A DNA stretch of 32,000 nt from Cupriavidus necator. Its GTDB lineage: Bacteria; Pseudomonadota; Gammaproteobacteria; Burkholderiales; Burkholderiaceae. The stretch is from assembly GCF_016127575.1 (NCBI RefSeq), contig NZ_CP066018.1, positions 2,070,001-2,102,000 on the forward strand. The letters are read 5' to 3'. Positions 1 through 7,102 of the stretch are shown one piece after another. A program made the position numbers and the translations under genes. Within the stretch, counting starts at the first letter, position 1, and each line of letters starts with the position of its first letter. Below the pieces are notes generated by a model. The model ran no database searches. It was not told where the DNA came from and saw nothing but the letters and a program-made list of their open reading frames with translations.

Positions 1-98
1 GTCCGCCCCCGACCTCACGCCGGGAGGGACGTTCTTTTCGCCGCATTTCGCCAGGGACTCTTTTGTCTCTTATTTCCAGGGTAAAAACAGGAGTTCTC

Positions 99-3032
99 AT
101 GCAAACGGCCCAGAACGAAATCACCACGGGTGGCGCCGCCGCCGGTATTGCACCGACCGCGCAGCAGACCCCCGCCAACGCCGCCAATACGAACTACCCG
201 GATCACAAGATCATTCGACGCAACGGCGCCGTGGTGGCTTTCGAGCCGTCCAAGATCGCCGTTGCCATGACCAAGGCCTTCCTCGCCGTGAACGGCGGGC
301 AGGGCGCCGCGTCCGCGCGTGTGCGCGAGATCGTCGAGCAACTGACTGACAACGTCGTGCGCGCACTGGTGCGCAGCCGCCCCAACGGCGGCGCCATCCA
401 TATCGAAGACGTGCAGGACCACGTGGAACTGGCGCTGATGCGCTCGGGCGAGCATGAAGTGGCCCGCGCCTACGTGCTGTACCGCGAGAAGCGCAAGGAC
501 GAGCGCGCCCAGGCCAACGCCCAGGCCGTGGCCCGCGTGCAGGAAGGCGGCATCTCGGTCAACGTGACCGATGGCGGCGTCACCCACGTGCTGGACATCG
601 CCGCGCTGCATGACCTGATCGACAACGCCTGCAGCGGCCTTGGCAACGCAGTGAGCGCCGAGCCGATCCTGAAGGAAACCCTGAAGAACCTGTACGACGG
701 CGTGCCGATGACGCAGGTGTACGACTCCGCCATCCTGGCCGCGCGTACCCTGATCGAAAAGGACCCGGACTATAGCCAGGTCACCGCCCGTATCCTGCTG
801 CACACGATCCGCAAGGAAATCCTGGGCACCGAAGTGACGCAGGCCGAAATGAGCACGCGTTACGCCGAGTACTTCCCCAAGTTCATCGCCCGCGGCATCG
901 AAGCCGAGCTGCTGGACGAGCAACTGGCCACCTTCGACCTGGCCCGCCTGGGCGCCGCGCTGGACGCCGGCCGCGACTTCCAGTTCAACTACCTGGGCCT
1001 GCAGACCCTGTACGACCGCTACTTCCTGCATATCGATGAAACCCGCATCGAAATGCCGCAGGCCTTCTTCATGCGCGTGGCCATGGGCCTGGCGCTGAAC
1101 GAGAAGGACCGTGAAGCGCGCGCCATCGAGTTCTACCAGCTGCTGTCGTCGTTCGACTTCATGTCGTCCACGCCGACCCTGTTCAACTCCGGCACCCGCC
1201 GCTCGCAGCTGTCGTCGTGCTACCTGACCACCGTCTCCGACGACCTGGAAGGCATCTACGAAGCGCTGAAGGAAAACGCGCTGCTGTCCAAGTTCGCCGG
1301 CGGCCTGGGCAATGACTGGACCAACGTGCGCGCGCTCGGCTCGCACATCAAGGGCACCAACGGCAAGTCGCAAGGCGTGGTCCCGTTCCTGAAGGTGGTG
1401 AACGACACCGCCGTCGCCGTGAACCAGGGCGGCAAGCGCAAGGGCGCCGTCTGCGCCTACCTGGAAACGTGGCACCTGGACATCGAAGAATTCCTGGAAC
1501 TGCGCAAGAACACCGGCGACGACCGCCGCCGCACCCACGACATGAACACGGCCAACTGGATCCCGGACCTGTTCATGAAGCGCGTGATGGAAGGCGGCGA
1601 ATGGACCCTGTTCTCGCCCGCCACCTGCCCGGACCTGCACGACAAGGTCGGCAAGGAATTCGAGAAGGCCTACCTGGGCTACGAAGCCAAGGCCGCCAGC
1701 GGCGAACTGAAGCTGTTCAAGAAGCTGCCGGCGCTGCAACTGTGGCGCAAGATGCTGGGCATGCTGTTCGAGACCGGCCACCCGTGGATCACCTTCAAGG
1801 ATCCGTGCAACATCCGCAGCCCGCAGCAGCACGTGGGCGTGGTGCACAGCTCCAACCTGTGCACGGAAATCACGCTCAACACCAATGAGAGCGAGATCGC
1901 CGTCTGCAACCTGGGCTCGGTCAACCTGGTCGCACACATGGCCAAGCAGGCCGACGGCACCTACGCGCTGGATCACGCCAAGCTGCAGAAGACCGTGCGC
2001 ACTGCCATGCGCATGCTCGACAACGTGATCGACATCAACTACTACGCCGTGGACAAGGCGCGCAATTCCAACCTGCGCCACCGTCCGGTCGGCATGGGCA
2101 TCATGGGCTTCCAGGACTGCCTGCACGTGCTGCGCACGCCGTATTCCAGCGATGCCGCCGTCAAGTTTGCCGATACCTCGATGGAAGCGGTGTGCTACTA
2201 CGCCTACCACGCTTCGACCGAGCTGGCCGAAGAGCGCGGCCGCTACAGCAGCTATGAAGGTTCGCTGTGGGACCGTGGCATCCTGCCGCAAGACTCGCTC
2301 AAGCTGCTGGCCGAAGAGCGCGGCGGCTACCTGGATGTCGACATGTCCGCCACCATGGACTGGGACGCACTGCGCGCCCGCATCAAGCAGCACGGCATGC
2401 GCAACTCGAACTGCATCGCGATCGCGCCGACCGCCACGATCTCGAACATCATCGGCGTGTCCGCCTGCATCGAGCCGACGTTCCAGAACCTGTACGTCAA
2501 GTCCAACCTGTCGGGCGAGTTCACCGTGGTCAATGACTACCTGGTGCGCGACCTGAAGGAACGCGGCCTGTGGGACGAAGTGATGGTTGCCGACCTGAAG
2601 TACTTCGACGGCTCGCTGTCGCGCATCGACCGCATTCCGCAAGACCTGCGCGACATCTACGCCACCGCGTTCGAAGTCGAGCCGACCTGGCTGGTGGAAG
2701 CCGCCAGCCGCCGCCAGAAGTGGATCGACCAGGCCCAGTCGCTGAACATCTACATGGCCGGCGCGTCGGGCAAGAAGCTGGACGACACCTACAAGCTGGC
2801 ATGGGTGCGCGGCCTGAAGACCACGTACTACCTGCGCACGATGGCTGCGACCCACGTGGAGAAGTCCACCGTGTCGCGCGGCTCGCTGAACGCAGTGTCG
2901 TCGGGCAGCGACAGCGGCTCCGCCCTGGACGCAGCCGCCGCATCGGCCCCGGCCATGCCGGAAGCCGAAGGCGCGGTCTGCACGATGCGCCCCGGTGATC
3001 CTGGCTTTGAAGAGTGCGAGGCTTGCCAATAA
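99..3032 (+). CDS. nrdA: Class Ia ribonucleoside-diphosphate reductase, alpha (large) subunit
   Basis: 977-aa product. It has an ATP-cone-like N-terminus (HKIIRRNGAVVAFEPSKIAVAM), active-site stretches LSSCYL and SNLCTEITL, C-terminal LKTTYYLR and a terminal Cys pair (ECEACQ). The track ORF opens at TTG 63, but ATG 99 has AGGAG at 89-93 five nt upstream. Confidence 0.95.
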   Translation: MQTAQNEITTGGAAAGIAPTAQQTPANAANTNYPDHKIIRRNGAVVAFEPSKIAVAMTKAFLAVNGGQGAASARVREIVEQLTDNVVRALVRSRPNGGAIHIEDVQDHVELALMRSGEHEVARAYVLYREKRKDERAQANAQAVARVQEGGISVNVTDGGVTHVLDIAALHDLIDNACSGLGNAVSAEPILKETLKNLYDGVPMTQVYDSAILAARTLIEKDPDYSQVTARILLHTIRKEILGTEVTQAEMSTRYAEYFPKFIARGIEAELLDEQLATFDLARLGAALDAGRDFQFNYLGLQTLYDRYFLHIDETRIEMPQAFFMRVAMGLALNEKDREARAIEFYQLLSSFDFMSSTPTLFNSGTRRSQLSSCYLTTVSDDLEGIYEALKENALLSKFAGGLGNDWTNVRALGSHIKGTNGKSQGVVPFLKVVNDTAVAVNQGGKRKGAVCAYLETWHLDIEEFLELRKNTGDDRRRTHDMNTANWIPDLFMKRVMEGGEWTLFSPATCPDLHDKVGKEFEKAYLGYEAKAASGELKLFKKLPALQLWRKMLGMLFETGHPWITFKDPCNIRSPQQHVGVVHSSNLCTEITLNTNESEIAVCNLGSVNLVAHMAKQADGTYALDHAKLQKTVRTAMRMLDNVIDINYYAVDKARNSNLRHRPVGMGIMGFQDCLHVLRTPYSSDAAVKFADTSMEAVCYYAYHASTELAEERGRYSSYEGSLWDRGILPQDSLKLLAEERGGYLDVDMSATMDWDALRARIKQHGMRNSNCIAIAPTATISNIIGVSACIEPTFQNLYVKSNLSGEFTVVNDYLVRDLKERGLWDEVMVADLKYFDGSLSRIDRIPQDLRDIYATAFEVEPTWLVEAASRRQKWIDQAQSLNIYMAGASGKKLDDTYKLAWVRGLKTTYYLRTMAATHVEKSTVSRGSLNAVSSGSDSGSALDAAAASAPAMPEAEGAVCTMRPGDPGFEECEACQ

Positions 3033-3064
3033 GTTCTGAGGCGGTTGTTTAAGGAGGTGTTGTT

Positions 3065-3244
3065 ATGTTCAAGCTCAAGAAGTTGGAACTGCCAAAGCCA
3101 CCAAAGCCGCCAAAGCCGCCCGATCGGATGCAGAACATGCAAACGTTGCGCCCACTGGGCGCAACGAAATGGGTCCGAGCACACTGGCGGTGGGACTATG
3201 GAACCCGCAAATGGGAATGGGTGTTAGGCCACTGGAGCAAGTAA
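3065..3244 (+). CDS. Small (59 aa) Lys/Pro- and Trp-rich protein with WXXGXW-type repeats, located between nrdA and nrdB
   Basis: Not in the ORF track because it is just under 60 aa. My hand translation is [60 protein letters not shown] strong AAGGAGG (3051-3057) lies 7 nt before the ATG. WVRAHW...WVLGHW resembles the WXXGXW/YXWGXW repeat family. Confidence 0.55.
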   Translation: MFKLKKLELPKPPKPPKPPDRMQNMQTLRPLGATKWVRAHWRWDYGTRKWEWVLGHWSK

Positions 3245-3262
3245 CACCCAACTAAGTAATCT

Positions 3263-3287
3263 CTGCGCTCGCCAAGTGCGAGCGCAG
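3263..3287 (+). promoter_or_regulatory. Perfect 10-bp stem / 5-nt loop hairpin in the intercistronic region just upstream of the nrdB RBS
   Basis: ctgcgctcgc-caagt-gcgagcgcag. No T-tract follows, so it is not a classic terminator. It ends 4 nt before the nrdB GGAGA. Confidence 0.4.
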
Positions 3288-3302
3288 CCTCGGAGAAGAT
3301 CA

Positions 3303-4490
3303 ATGCTGAGCTGGGACGACGACGTTCAAGCCACCCCGCAGGCCGCACCGCAGCCTGCCCTGCAACCCGCTGCTGTTGCCGCCACCGCCGACCAACAAGG
3401 CGTTCTGCCGCCGGCCGCCACGCAGCCCGGCATCCTGGGCGACAACCCCAACGCCGCCGCCGCGCAAAGCAACCGCCGCGTCAACGCCGCCGACAAGCGC
3501 GTGATCAACGGCTCGACCGACGTCAACCAGCTGGTGCCGTTCAAGTACAAGTGGGCGTGGGAAAAATACCTGGCCGGCTGCGCCAACCACTGGATGCCGC
3601 AGGAAATCAACATGTCCCGCGACATCGCCCTGTGGAAAGACCCCAACGGCCTGACCGAAGACGAGCGCCGCATCATCAAGCGCAACCTCGGCTTCTTCGT
3701 CACCGCCGACTCGCTGGCCGCCAACAACATCGTGCTGGGCACCTACCGCCAGATCACCGCGCCGGAATGCCGCCAGTACCTGCTGCGCCAGGCCTTTGAA
3801 GAGGCCATCCACACGCACGCCTACCAGTACATCGTTGAATCGCTGGGCCTGAACGAAGCCGAGATCTTCAACGCGTACCACGAAGTGCAGTCGATCCGCG
3901 ACAAGGACGAGTTCCTGATCCCGTTTATCGACACGCTCACCGACCCGTCGTTCAAGACCGGCACGCCGGAGAACGACCAGAAGCTGCTGAAGTCGCTGAT
4001 CGTGTTCGCCTGCATCATGGAAGGGCTGTTCTTCTATGTGGGCTTCACGCAGATCCTGGCGATGGGGCGGCAGAACAAGATGACTGGGGCTGCGGAGCAG
4101 TATCAGTACATCCTGCGGGATGAGTCGCTGCACTGCAATTTTGGTATCGACCTGATCAATCAGATCAAGCTGGAGAATCCGCATCTTTGGACGGCGGAGT
4201 TTAAGGCTGAGATTACTGAGCTGTTCAAGAAGGCTGTTGACCTGGAGTATCGCTACGCTGAGGACACGATGCCGCGTGGGGTGCTGGGTTTGAATGCGCC
4301 GATGTTCAAGTCTTACCTGCGCTTCATCTGCAATCGTCGGTGCCAGCAGATTGGGTTGGATCAGTTGTTCCCGAATGAGGAGAATCCGTTCCCGTGGATG
4401 AGCGAGATGATCGATCTGAAGAAGGAGCGGAACTTCTTTGAGACGCGCGTTATTGAGTATCAGACGGGTGGGGCGTTGAGCTGGGATTGA
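3303..4490 (+). CDS. nrdB: Class Ia ribonucleoside-diphosphate reductase, beta (small, di-iron/tyrosyl radical) subunit
   Basis: Iron-ligand motifs [13 protein letters not shown] and [10 protein letters not shown], and it immediately follows nrdA. ATG 3303 is preceded by GGAGA (3292-3296); the track ORF opens at GTG 3276. It has an Ala/Pro/Gln-rich N-terminal extension. Confidence 0.95.
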   Translation: MLSWDDDVQATPQAAPQPALQPAAVAATADQQGVLPPAATQPGILGDNPNAAAAQSNRRVNAADKRVINGSTDVNQLVPFKYKWAWEKYLAGCANHWMPQEINMSRDIALWKDPNGLTEDERRIIKRNLGFFVTADSLAANNIVLGTYRQITAPECRQYLLRQAFEEAIHTHAYQYIVESLGLNEAEIFNAYHEVQSIRDKDEFLIPFIDTLTDPSFKTGTPENDQKLLKSLIVFACIMEGLFFYVGFTQILAMGRQNKMTGAAEQYQYILRDESLHCNFGIDLINQIKLENPHLWTAEFKAEITELFKKAVDLEYRYAEDTMPRGVLGLNAPMFKSYLRFICNRRCQQIGLDQLFPNEENPFPWMSEMIDLKKERNFFETRVIEYQTGGALSWD

Positions 4491-4520
4491 GAGTGATGAA
4501 GCCTCATTCTTAAGCGTTGA

Positions 4521-4558
4521 AAGAATGGGAGCCAATAGGCTCCCATTCTTCTTTCGGA
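4521..4558 (+). terminator. Rho-independent terminator of the nrd operon
   Basis: aagaatgggagcc-aata-ggctcccattctt stem-loop followed by ctttcggattt, 30 nt after the nrdB stop. Confidence 0.7.
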
Positions 4559-4989
4559 TTTCCAATTTGATTGCCGCTATTCGAGGAATGACCGAATTGG
4601 TTTCGCGGAAAGCGGGTCCGCGTGAAAATCCAGGAATAGGGCCGGCGCTCGGCGCATGTTGAATAGCATCGAGGACTGTTTGTGTCGTGGCAGGGGGCTG
4701 GCGAGAGCCCTTCTAGATCATTCTGATCTCCGCTAAGAAGATAGAATTCTAGCGTGAGGACGGTTAGCGTCTTTGGGACTTCCGTTGTGCTGGCCTCCTG
4801 CTTTAGCCGAGACGAGCCCAGCCTACCGAAAGGCTGCTTCCGAATTGCTGGTCGTAGGGCTAAGAAGATGAAAGGCGCGCTCTAGTAAACGTTTCATTTC
4901 CGCGGGACGCCGACCAGGAGGCGGACGGAGGCCTTGCCAACGGCAAAGAGTATGATACTTTACTGGACATTGGTTTAAGAGAGATAAAA

Positions 4990-6024
4990 GTGACAGCAGC
5001 CAAGAAGGTAATCCCAAGAAAAAGGACTACGACGCCGGTATCGCGAAGGATTAGCGAGTCGAACTCGAACCGGCTTCGCTTTTCCGCCTCGCTCATTCAG
5101 CAGGGCGATAAGCAGTTCTATAGCGTCACCATGCCCACCGATATCTTGGCGGCGCATTGCTTTGTCACCACTCGACATGAAGACGTACAGAACGGGTTTC
5201 AGCGGGTTCTTGATAAGAAGCGTGCAGAGGATATCGCTCGCTATATCGATAGCGGCGAAGGCACCATCCCTGGCTCGATTATTCTGTCGGCACAAGAAGA
5301 TGCGGACCTCAAAGTGCTCCAAGGTAAGACGCTCGAATTCAGCGCAGTTCCACGCGCATTTCTTGTCCTAGACGGGCAGCATCGCGTTTACGGTTTTCGA
5401 ATGGCAACCACGGCATTCCGAGTGCCTGTTGTGATTTATAGTGGTCTGACTCCGGTTGAGGAGGCCCGACTGTTCATTGACATAAATACAAAGCAACGCC
5501 AGGTGCCGAATGAGCTATTGCTTGACATCAAGCAACTAGCCCAAAGAGAAGACCAAAGGGACACACTGCTGCGGCAAACTTTTGATCTTTTTTCGTCGGA
5601 CTCAGCAAGCGTCATGTTTGGGCTCATGAGCCCTTCCTCCCGCCAGCATAATAAGATCTCGCGGGTAACGTTTAGCCTTGCCATGAAGCCTGCACTCGCA
5701 GTTTTCAACGCGCCTACCCCGCTGAGCGTATTTCAGATCACTAATGCCTATCTTGCAGCATTCAAGGATGTTCTTGATAAGGCAAGGGTTGACGCCTCGC
5801 TTACTGCGCCCACGACATTTAGAGCGGTGTTTGACATTTTTCCTGAAGTGGCCAGAATTTCTGCCGCTCAGCATGGGAAGAACTTCAGCAAACAGAAGTT
5901 CGCTGCAATTATCAACCCCATTGGCGACCTGCTGACTCGTTCCAAATACGAGAAGGCGTCGGCTAGCGTGAAGACTCTCGGCGAACTGTTCAGTAGCTTG
6001 ATCAAGAAGGACTTCAGTATCTGA
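4990..6024 (+). CDS. DGQHR-domain (DndB/DpdB-like, ParB/Srx-fold) protein
   Basis: Literal motif FLVLDGQHRVYGF followed by RLFIDINTKQRQVPNELLLDIK, the layout typical of the DGQHR/ParB-like family. GTG start after gagagataaaa. GC is lower than the flanks. Confidence 0.75.
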   Translation: MTAAKKVIPRKRTTTPVSRRISESNSNRLRFSASLIQQGDKQFYSVTMPTDILAAHCFVTTRHEDVQNGFQRVLDKKRAEDIARYIDSGEGTIPGSIILSAQEDADLKVLQGKTLEFSAVPRAFLVLDGQHRVYGFRMATTAFRVPVVIYSGLTPVEEARLFIDINTKQRQVPNELLLDIKQLAQREDQRDTLLRQTFDLFSSDSASVMFGLMSPSSRQHNKISRVTFSLAMKPALAVFNAPTPLSVFQITNAYLAAFKDVLDKARVDASLTAPTTFRAVFDIFPEVARISAAQHGKNFSKQKFAAIINPIGDLLTRSKYEKASASVKTLGELFSSLIKKDFSI

Positions 6025-6027
6025 GTC

Positions 6028-6960
6028 ATGGCACTGGATGACGCACTAAGACTGAGTTGGATTGGCGGGCTTACGGCAAGCAGCGGTGTCCGATCTTGGA
6101 CTACCGACAAACTATTCTCAAGGCAACGAGTTACTGTCATGCGTGTCGAAGACGCGAAGGTCGCACTGTATGTTGGTAATGCGACTGACAGTGTTAACTA
6201 CTACGCGCATGAAGCCGATCGGTTTGCCGCAGCCGCATTCGAATCAGTGATTACAAAGGCGGTGTGCGGTGAGCTACCGAGATCATACGGGTGGTTGTTG
6301 ATCCAAGCGTACTACGCTGCGTTCTTCGCTACTCACGCGCTCTTCCGGCTCGCCGGCTGGGCCTGTACTCGACTCACGTCAGAGAATCTTCGATTCATAA
6401 ACGACGAGATCAAGACAATCTATGGGGGAGCCCCGCTGGCGGGCGGTCTTTATCTCTTGAAATGTCTGGATGGAGGGCGCCAGCTCACCTGCGAGCCTTT
6501 GGGAGCGTTCTCAGGAGGATCTCACGAAGCGCTGTGGACACTGATGCCCTCTTATTTGGCCCACATCAGGTCTTTAGCCCTTGGCGCCTCGAACGTTGAT
6601 GCAGATGACACTGCGCCGATTGAACGTTTGGAAAGCTTCGTAAAAGCAAAAGGAGGCCCGAACTGGTTCTCCACTGTACGGAACCGTCTTAACTATTCTC
6701 ACGGCTACGGTGCCTGGCACCCATACGTGAAATCGACGTGTGCGCCTGAACAAATAGGCTCGGCTCTTGATGCTTGGCGAGGTGATATCGACGGGAGCGG
6801 CATAGCACAAGGCACTGATGAGTTGATGCACTTTGCTAGAGCTTGCGCTCTCCTGGTAGGTTTCTGCCGCCTCACAACGAGGGATCTCGCAGAGCGAAGT
6901 AAGGCCCGATCCCCATTTCGATGCTCTAGCGCTCGGCTCATCGCCCTTGGTGCAAATTAG
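6028..6960 (+). CDS. Hypothetical protein with HEPN-like signature, coupled to the DGQHR gene
   Basis: The ATG lies 3 nt after the DGQHR stop. Helix pattern LIQAYYAAFFATHALFRLAG ... GGSHEALWTLM ... STVRNRLNYSHG resembles the HEPN layout (aYYa.fha..AlL, sH, R-x4-6-H). The fold assignment is inference only. Confidence 0.55.
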   Translation: MALDDALRLSWIGGLTASSGVRSWTTDKLFSRQRVTVMRVEDAKVALYVGNATDSVNYYAHEADRFAAAAFESVITKAVCGELPRSYGWLLIQAYYAAFFATHALFRLAGWACTRLTSENLRFINDEIKTIYGGAPLAGGLYLLKCLDGGRQLTCEPLGAFSGGSHEALWTLMPSYLAHIRSLALGASNVDADDTAPIERLESFVKAKGGPNWFSTVRNRLNYSHGYGAWHPYVKSTCAPEQIGSALDAWRGDIDGSGIAQGTDELMHFARACALLVGFCRLTTRDLAERSKARSPFRCSSARLIALGAN

Positions 6961-7010
6961 AGGGTAATACAACGACGCGATGCGTACGGTAGTGGAAGGA
7001 AAGGATTAGG

Positions 7011-7063
7011 AAAGGGGGCAGATCTATTTCAAAATCGAGTCGAGGATAGATCTGCCCCCCTTT
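7011..7063. repeat. AGATCT-centred palindromic element, copy 1; also a likely bidirectional terminator between convergent genes
   Basis: aaagggggcagatctat-N18-atagatctgccccccttt (one extra C in the right arm). Confidence 0.8.
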
Positions 7064-7102
7064 CGTCATCAATGCAGTTGGGTGCAGACAAAAGGACCGC
7101 GC

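Noticed and set aside
1-98. NrdR box or other operator upstream of nrdA
   Set aside because: Only 98 nt of leader are in the window and I found no 16-bp NrdR-type palindrome there. The promoter is probably upstream of the window.
15-3029. 1004-aa ORF on the minus strand covering all of nrdA
   Set aside because: It is antisense to an unmistakable NrdA gene. The product is low-complexity and Ala/Gly/Arg/Val-rich with no motifs. This is a typical stop-codon-poor shadow ORF in high-GC DNA.
3045-3227. 60-aa plus-strand ORF from the track ([14 protein letters not shown]...)
   Set aside because: It has no RBS at the right spacing. The overlapping frame starting at 3065 has the AAGGAGG at ideal distance and a repeat-structured product, so I call that frame instead.
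3300-4565. 421-aa minus-strand ORF opposite nrdB, plus smaller shadow ORFs in 200-4000
   Set aside because: Same reasoning: it is antisense to a clearly real gene and has no recognisable domain.
4560-4990. Structured ncRNA, tRNA or attachment site at the left island boundary
   Set aside because: I saw only short hairpins (e.g. cgcgga-aagcgggt-tccgcg near 4604-4622) and a 10-11-nt repeat (gctaagaagat at about 4733 and about 4859). Nothing resembles a tRNA/tmRNA 3' end or a retron-like structure convincingly.
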